From positions 1 to 64,000 of the IMG/VR virus record IMGVR_UViG_3300028392_000045: a stretch of 64,000 nucleotides of DNA; one strand, written 5' to 3'. This document shows, one piece after another, positions 59,126 through 64,000 of this stretch. The stretch comes from a virus. Made by a program: the position numbers and the translations under genes. The number at the start of each line of letters is the position of its first letter. Position 1 is the first letter of the stretch. The notes beneath the pieces were generated by a model. The model did not search any database. It was not told the DNA's origin and saw only the letters and a list, made by a program, of their open reading frames with translations.

Positions 59126-61273
59126 ATGGAAATTCTCTTCATTGGGAATCAGTTATTCAATGAATGCAAGACAAGCACAATTGAAGAAGCTGTCAGCTAT
59201 TTCTCAAACCAGTCTATAATAGGTCTGGATATAGAAACCAGTAGAAAATACAAAAAAGGTACATTTCCTGAAGAAGTATATAGACCAGGATTAGATCCAT
59301 ATACTTCAGTTGCCTGTCTGATGCAGCTAGGGACTTTAGAAAAGGTTTTTGTAATAGATACTCGTGTTATTGACATAAGTGCTTTAAAACCGATCCTAGA
59401 GTCTCCTAGCATAGTTAAAGTAGGTCATAATCTACAATTCGAATACAAACACATTCTACATAATTTTTGTATTAAACTAGATAACATCTGGGATACCATG
59501 ATATGTGAAAAAGTATTGTATAATGGTTTAGGTTTATCTAATAGTCTTGAAGCATTAGCTAATAGATATTTAGGTGTAGAATCTATAGAGACTATTAATC
59601 TATTTAATGAAGAAAAAGAAGATAAACACTCTGTCGAACCTTTAGATTCGACTGACAGTCTGGATCTCCCATCCAGACAGTATATAGATAAATCAACTAG
59701 ATTAGGTTTTATCAATATAGGAGATAGCCCATTCACCATAAAACAAATTATGTATGGTGCTGATGATATTGTATATCCTCTTAAAATTAAGAAAATTCAA
59801 GAAAAAGGAAGAGAAGTTGGAGGAGTAATTTGGAATCCAAAAAATGCTTTCAAATTAGAAAATGCTACTGTATTAGTTTTAGCAGATATGTCACTTAGGG
59901 GTATTGGTTTTTCCAGAACTGTATGGTTAGATATTCTTAGTAAACAGTTACCTTTATTTGAGAAAAGAAAACAAATTCTTAATAAATGGGTAGAAGATAA
60001 TGTACCTAAATTTTGTAGATCAGGTGATTTATTCTCTTCAATTCCTACTTGTGCTGTAGATTGGCAATCACCTACCCAAGTTGTAAAGCTTTTTAAGTAT
60101 TTAGGAATATGTCCTAGAGAGGTATCTAAATCTACTAAAAAGTTAGAATACACAGTAGGTGCTAAAGAACTTCTAAAGACCATGAGAGCTGAATTACAAG
60201 AAAGCTATAGTTATAATAAGGATAAACCTATAGATAGCTTAGAAGAGCTTAAATTGGCTTATTTGCTATTTAAAAAATCACAAATGTCTTGTACTACTTT
60301 TGGTGCAAGCTGGTTAGATTATGTACATCCTATTACAGGAAGAGTACATTCTAACTTTAATCAGTATATGAACTCCTCTCGATTATCATCAAATAATCCA
60401 AATATACAAAATTTACCTCAAGGAGAATACAGAGATGCATTTATTCCTTCACCTTTAACTGACTTTATATCAGTAGATTATGCAAGTCAAGAGGTAAGAA
60501 TTTTAGCTGATGTTTCTGCTAATCCAGTAATGGAAGATTTCTTTGTAAATGGTTCAAAAATATTTGGGGACGATATGCATTCATTTTCTGCTACTCAAAT
60601 GATGAGAGCAAAGACAGGTGATGATACTATTGTAGTTTCTAAGAAATCACATCCCAAAGAAAGAAATATATCTAAGTCGTTAACCTTCTCATTAAGCTAT
60701 GGAGGTTCAGCGCATTCAATCAAATTTAAGTTAGGATTAGAGTTAGAAGAAACTGAAACATTTATTCAGTCTTTTTTTGATGGCTTTCCTGGACTTGAAG
60801 AAGATTTTACAAATAGAAAGAAATTCGCCATAGATAATGGCTATATAATATTAGACAAAGCAACAGATAGACGCTACTTTTTTCCTCAGTATGAAAAAAT
60901 GAAAAAAGCAGAAGAGTTAGCTAAATCTTACTACACAAGAGATATGTCTGCTGAAGAAAGAGCAGAAGTTAAATTAATACCAGAAGTAAAAGAAGCTTGG
61001 AAAACTTTTTTTACTCTAAAAGGAAAGCTAGAAAGAAGAGCATTAAATTATGGAATTCAAGGTCTTGCTGCCGGAATGACAAAATTAGCTTTAGTACTAC
61101 TATATAAAGCAGGAATAGCACTTGTTTCTTGTGTACATGATGAAATATGTGCAGAAGGAAATGAAAAAGATGCAAAAACTATAGAAAGACTGATGATAGA
61201 GGCAGGAAAATACTTTTGTAAACGAGTTCCAATGGGCGCAGAAGCATCTGTAGGAGATAAATGGATACATTGA
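59126..61273 (+). CDS. polA: DNA polymerase family A with 3'-5' exonuclease
   Basis: GLDIET, GHNLQFE, YGADD, SRLSSNNPNIQN, DYASQEVRIL, R..SK.L.F...YG, NYGIQG and VHDEI motifs. Confidence 0.95.
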   Translation: MEILFIGNQLFNECKTSTIEEAVSYFSNQSIIGLDIETSRKYKKGTFPEEVYRPGLDPYTSVACLMQLGTLEKVFVIDTRVIDISALKPILESPSIVKVGHNLQFEYKHILHNFCIKLDNIWDTMICEKVLYNGLGLSNSLEALANRYLGVESIETINLFNEEKEDKHSVEPLDSTDSLDLPSRQYIDKSTRLGFINIGDSPFTIKQIMYGADDIVYPLKIKKIQEKGREVGGVIWNPKNAFKLENATVLVLADMSLRGIGFSRTVWLDILSKQLPLFEKRKQILNKWVEDNVPKFCRSGDLFSSIPTCAVDWQSPTQVVKLFKYLGICPREVSKSTKKLEYTVGAKELLKTMRAELQESYSYNKDKPIDSLEELKLAYLLFKKSQMSCTTFGASWLDYVHPITGRVHSNFNQYMNSSRLSSNNPNIQNLPQGEYRDAFIPSPLTDFISVDYASQEVRILADVSANPVMEDFFVNGSKIFGDDMHSFSATQMMRAKTGDDTIVVSKKSHPKERNISKSLTFSLSYGGSAHSIKFKLGLELEETETFIQSFFDGFPGLEEDFTNRKKFAIDNGYIILDKATDRRYFFPQYEKMKKAEELAKSYYTRDMSAEERAEVKLIPEVKEAWKTFFTLKGKLERRALNYGIQGLAAGMTKLALVLLYKAGIALVSCVHDEICAEGNEKDAKTIERLMIEAGKYFCKRVPMGAEASVGDKWIH
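59631..59680 (+). repeat. Double-hairpin element inserted in-frame in polA
   Basis: CTGTC-GAACCTTTAGATTC-GACTG-A-CAGTC-TGGATCTCCCATCCA-GACAG, the most symmetric copy. Confidence 0.85.
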
Positions 61274-62089
61274 AAATTATACTTTACTATCATGGGACGG
61301 ATAACAAGACTTCAATGCAATTTGCGATGTTGGATGTTAGAGAAAGTGTAGCAAGATTGGAAGCAAAAGTGAGAAATAAAAAACAAAACTTAATAATAGT
61401 ATGAAATTGGTAGGACAACTTGGTGATGTCAGTTACAATAGTAGCAAATACATGAATAGACCAGATAATTTAAGATATTTGTCTAATTTAGGGATTACTG
61501 TAGATTATGTTTTATCTCAATTTATGTTATTTATATGAGCTTAATAGTAAATTATTGTGGAGGAAGATTTACTACTAAAATGGAATCAGAATTTCAATTA
61601 CATAGTTGTTGGTGGGATGAAAATCCTATTTTTGTATATGATTATACAGGCCAATTTATAAACTTAATTTATTAACTTTTAAACTAAAGGTTATGTACTT
61701 TTTCCTAATTGAGTATACTATTGGACAAGAATGGAAACATAAAACTGTTAGAGCAGATAATGCTTTTATGGCTAAAATGAAAGCTCCATTTGGTGCTAGG
61801 AATATTAAAGCTTATAAGGTAGCGTCATGAATTTATTAAACCACAATCTTGGGTCTGCTTATCATAACTGCTATGATCAAGTAAAATACATATTTTATAA
61901 AAGTTCTAATTTGCCACCTTATTATCCTAGCAATAGTACTCAAATCTTAATTTTATCAAAGTACAATATTTTTACTTTCGTGATTGCTACTATAATATGA
62001 TAGAAGGTATGAAATATCCTTGTCCCATTGATTATTACATCCACAAAAACAAATACTATATTTCAAATCAAATAATCTTAATAACATGA
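61261..62089 (+). CDS. Array of coupled microprotein ORFs (61261-61404, 61401-61538, 61535-61675, then three more up to 62089)
   Basis: Manual translation; ATGA overlaps. Confidence 0.55.
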
Positions 62090-62568
62090 AAAAATTTTTC
62101 TTTTTTATTCTAATGTTGCTTACTGTAACTACAAAAGCACAGTTTGGAGATGTATCTGTTATCCTTAAACAGAATTTCAAGGATTCAACTGTTACTATGG
62201 AGTGGCCTTTCAAGATTGATACTCAGAAATATGCGGTAACGTATACTTACATCCAAGATGAGATCAAGAATGATACTGTCGCTTCTAAACGTATTTTAAA
62301 GTGGAATACTACACTTCCTTATCGTAAATTTAAATTATCTACTTATCGTTCAGTTATTCTTATGTATGTAGATATTTATCTTAAAGGAGCAAATTCTGAA
62401 GATCCAAATACCTACACATATGAAAAAACATTGTACAGTAAAACATATGATGTATATGCTGCTCGTAATGGGTATTTTGAAAAAGAAGTGGGTAAAGATG
62501 GTAGTAAATTGCTCTATTTTTATCCTGAATTTAATAGAGTTCCCTCTAAATTAAGAGGAGAAAAATGA
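62086..62568 (+). CDS. Secreted/periplasmic protein
   Basis: MKKFFFFILMLLTVTTKA|Q signal peptide. Confidence 0.75.
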   Translation: MKKFFFFILMLLTVTTKAQFGDVSVILKQNFKDSTVTMEWPFKIDTQKYAVTYTYIQDEIKNDTVASKRILKWNTTLPYRKFKLSTYRSVILMYVDIYLKGANSEDPNTYTYEKTLYSKTYDVYAARNGYFEKEVGKDGSKLLYFYPEFNRVPSKLRGEK

Positions 62569-62582
62569 TTTTGGTGTTTATT

Positions 62583-62734
62583 CTGTCGAACGTGAACTGT
62601 AGAAATTTTACATTTCTACTGTCTATCAAATCTACTGTTGAACCTTTAGATTCAACTGTCAGTCAAAAGCTACGCATTTGACAGAAAAATTTAATAGAAC
62701 CTTCGACTGGCAGTAAGTTTACTTAAACTTACAG
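62583..62734 (+). repeat. Three nested double-hairpin elements
   Basis: Outer 62583-62734, middle 62597-62697, inner 62635-62684. Confidence 0.8.
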
Positions 62735-62797
62735 AACGTGACTAGGTGAGGAGGTCTACAGTGACGTGTGGGCTTCCTTTACTTTTAATTTCAGCAT

Positions 62798-63641
62798 ATG
62801 AATATTAGAATGACTTACATATTAGCAGATTTTAATAAATTTGTTTTTAAGGCTAATAACTATAGAACTGTATGCTTAAAGCCTCAAAAATGGTGTGCTA
62901 ATATAGAATTAGGAACTGAATCAGAAGCTTGTTTAATAATAAAGCTATGAAGTTACGTATTTATTACACTGGTCATTGTTATTACCCATATGAAGAAATG
63001 CTTAAAAGATTTTCTAAAAGGCCAGTAAGTACTGATATAAATCTTTGGAGTGATTACTACGAACAATTTAGTAAAACACATCCTTCTAAAACTGATATAA
63101 TAGTAACAATATGAAGATAGTAATTTTCTATACTAAAACAAGTTATCAAGATGCTTATTACTTAAATTTTTTAAAATTAAGCAAAGATCTTGCTATTTCT
63201 TTTAACGATATTTTTGATTCAGAAGGATGTAGATTAATAATAAAATGAAATTAGAAAATCGCTTTTTTACTACTTCTTATCGTGAATATTATGGAGCATA
63301 TAAAAGTCATTTTATAAAAGAACCAAGATATTATTTTCTAATTAGAGCAACAGAAAATCTTAATAATATGCTGATATGGATTTAAAATTATGTTTATACC
63401 TAAAAAATTATTTATCAGACTATTATAAAGTGTTTAATTTTGAATACAGTAATAGTGGAACTATTGAACCAGGATTTTTTACTGAAACTCAAATAATAGT
63501 AAAATTATGATAATACTTATTTATTCTAAGAGGGATAGATACAATACATCAAATTTTGAAATAGCCTTAGACACACTTACAAGTCCTTTACTTGTTAGTT
63601 TTCATCTTAAACATAATACTCGTTTAATTACATTCATATGA
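62798..63641 (+). CDS. Array of six coupled microprotein ORFs (44-55 aa)
   Basis: 62798-62950, 62947-63114, 63111-63248, 63245-63385, 63376-63510, 63507-63641. Confidence 0.6.
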
Positions 63642-64000
63642 TACAAGATGATATTCAAAATGAGGCTATAGAAACCTGGAAAGCTTCAGGTTACAATGGT
63701 ACTCTTGAATTAGGTGTAGGAGCAGGTAAGACATTCTGTATGTTTAAAGCCGCTTATAAGCTATTAGAGGATGATAAAATTAGCAAAGGGGATAAGATAG
63801 TAATAAAGGCAGAAAGAAGTAAGAGATTTGAACATACAATAATTCCAGAAGCAGCTAAATTTTTGAAATTTACTGGTAAAGACTTTCTAAAAGATTTTAC
63901 TGTAGAATTTTATACTTATCAGTCTAATACTGTAGTTGAAAATGCTGTATTAGAAGTAATGGATGAAGTGACTGACGTAGTAACCGGATTAAAATATGTT
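63638..64000 (+). CDS. Superfamily 2 helicase, 5' part
   Basis: Q-motif IQNEA, Walker A GVGAGKT, YTYQS and Walker B VMDEV; runs off the window. Confidence 0.8.
   Translation, partial: MIQDDIQNEAIETWKASGYNGTLELGVGAGKTFCMFKAAYKLLEDDKISKGDKIVIKAERSKRFEHTIIPEAAKFLKFTGKDFLKDFTVEFYTYQSNTVVENAVLEVMDEVTDVVTGLKYV

Noticed and set aside
1-64000. Stop-codon reassignment (TAG or TGA), as in some crAss-like phages
   Set aside because: Long genes are intact under code 11, and TAG, TGA and TAA all terminate genes at sensible junctions. No suppressor tRNA was seen.

Overview
This is an AT-rich dsDNA phage segment with Crassvirales-like (crAss-like) organisation and a likely Bacteroidota host. It uses the standard genetic code. 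Positions 1 to about 50,000 (minus strand) hold the virion and lysis module: a giant zincin-containing cargo protein running off the left edge, two more cargo proteins, muzzle, ring proteins, fibre-like proteins, auxiliary capsid protein, major capsid protein, portal, TerL with a class 3 intein, an amidase, and GroES-like and HU/IHF-like proteins. A free-standing LAGLIDADG endonuclease and a solo TnpB are also inserted there. From about 50,400 to the end (mostly plus strand) lie early and replication genes: PolA, the start of an SF2 helicase, a SleB-like hydrolase and many tiny coupled ORFs. Four observations stand out. (1) A family of ~50-bp double-hairpin elements has fixed geometry and covarying stems; copies occur between genes, in-frame inside PolA and the cargo gene, and nested inside one another. 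(2) A block of tail-fibre-like genes nearly all carry Sec signal peptides with Gln at +1. (3) A 76-nt tRNA-like RNA has an 11-nt anticodon-position loop. (4) Arrays of ~45-aa microproteins share a common architecture. All family assignments come from motif recognition and synteny by eye; no database searches were run.
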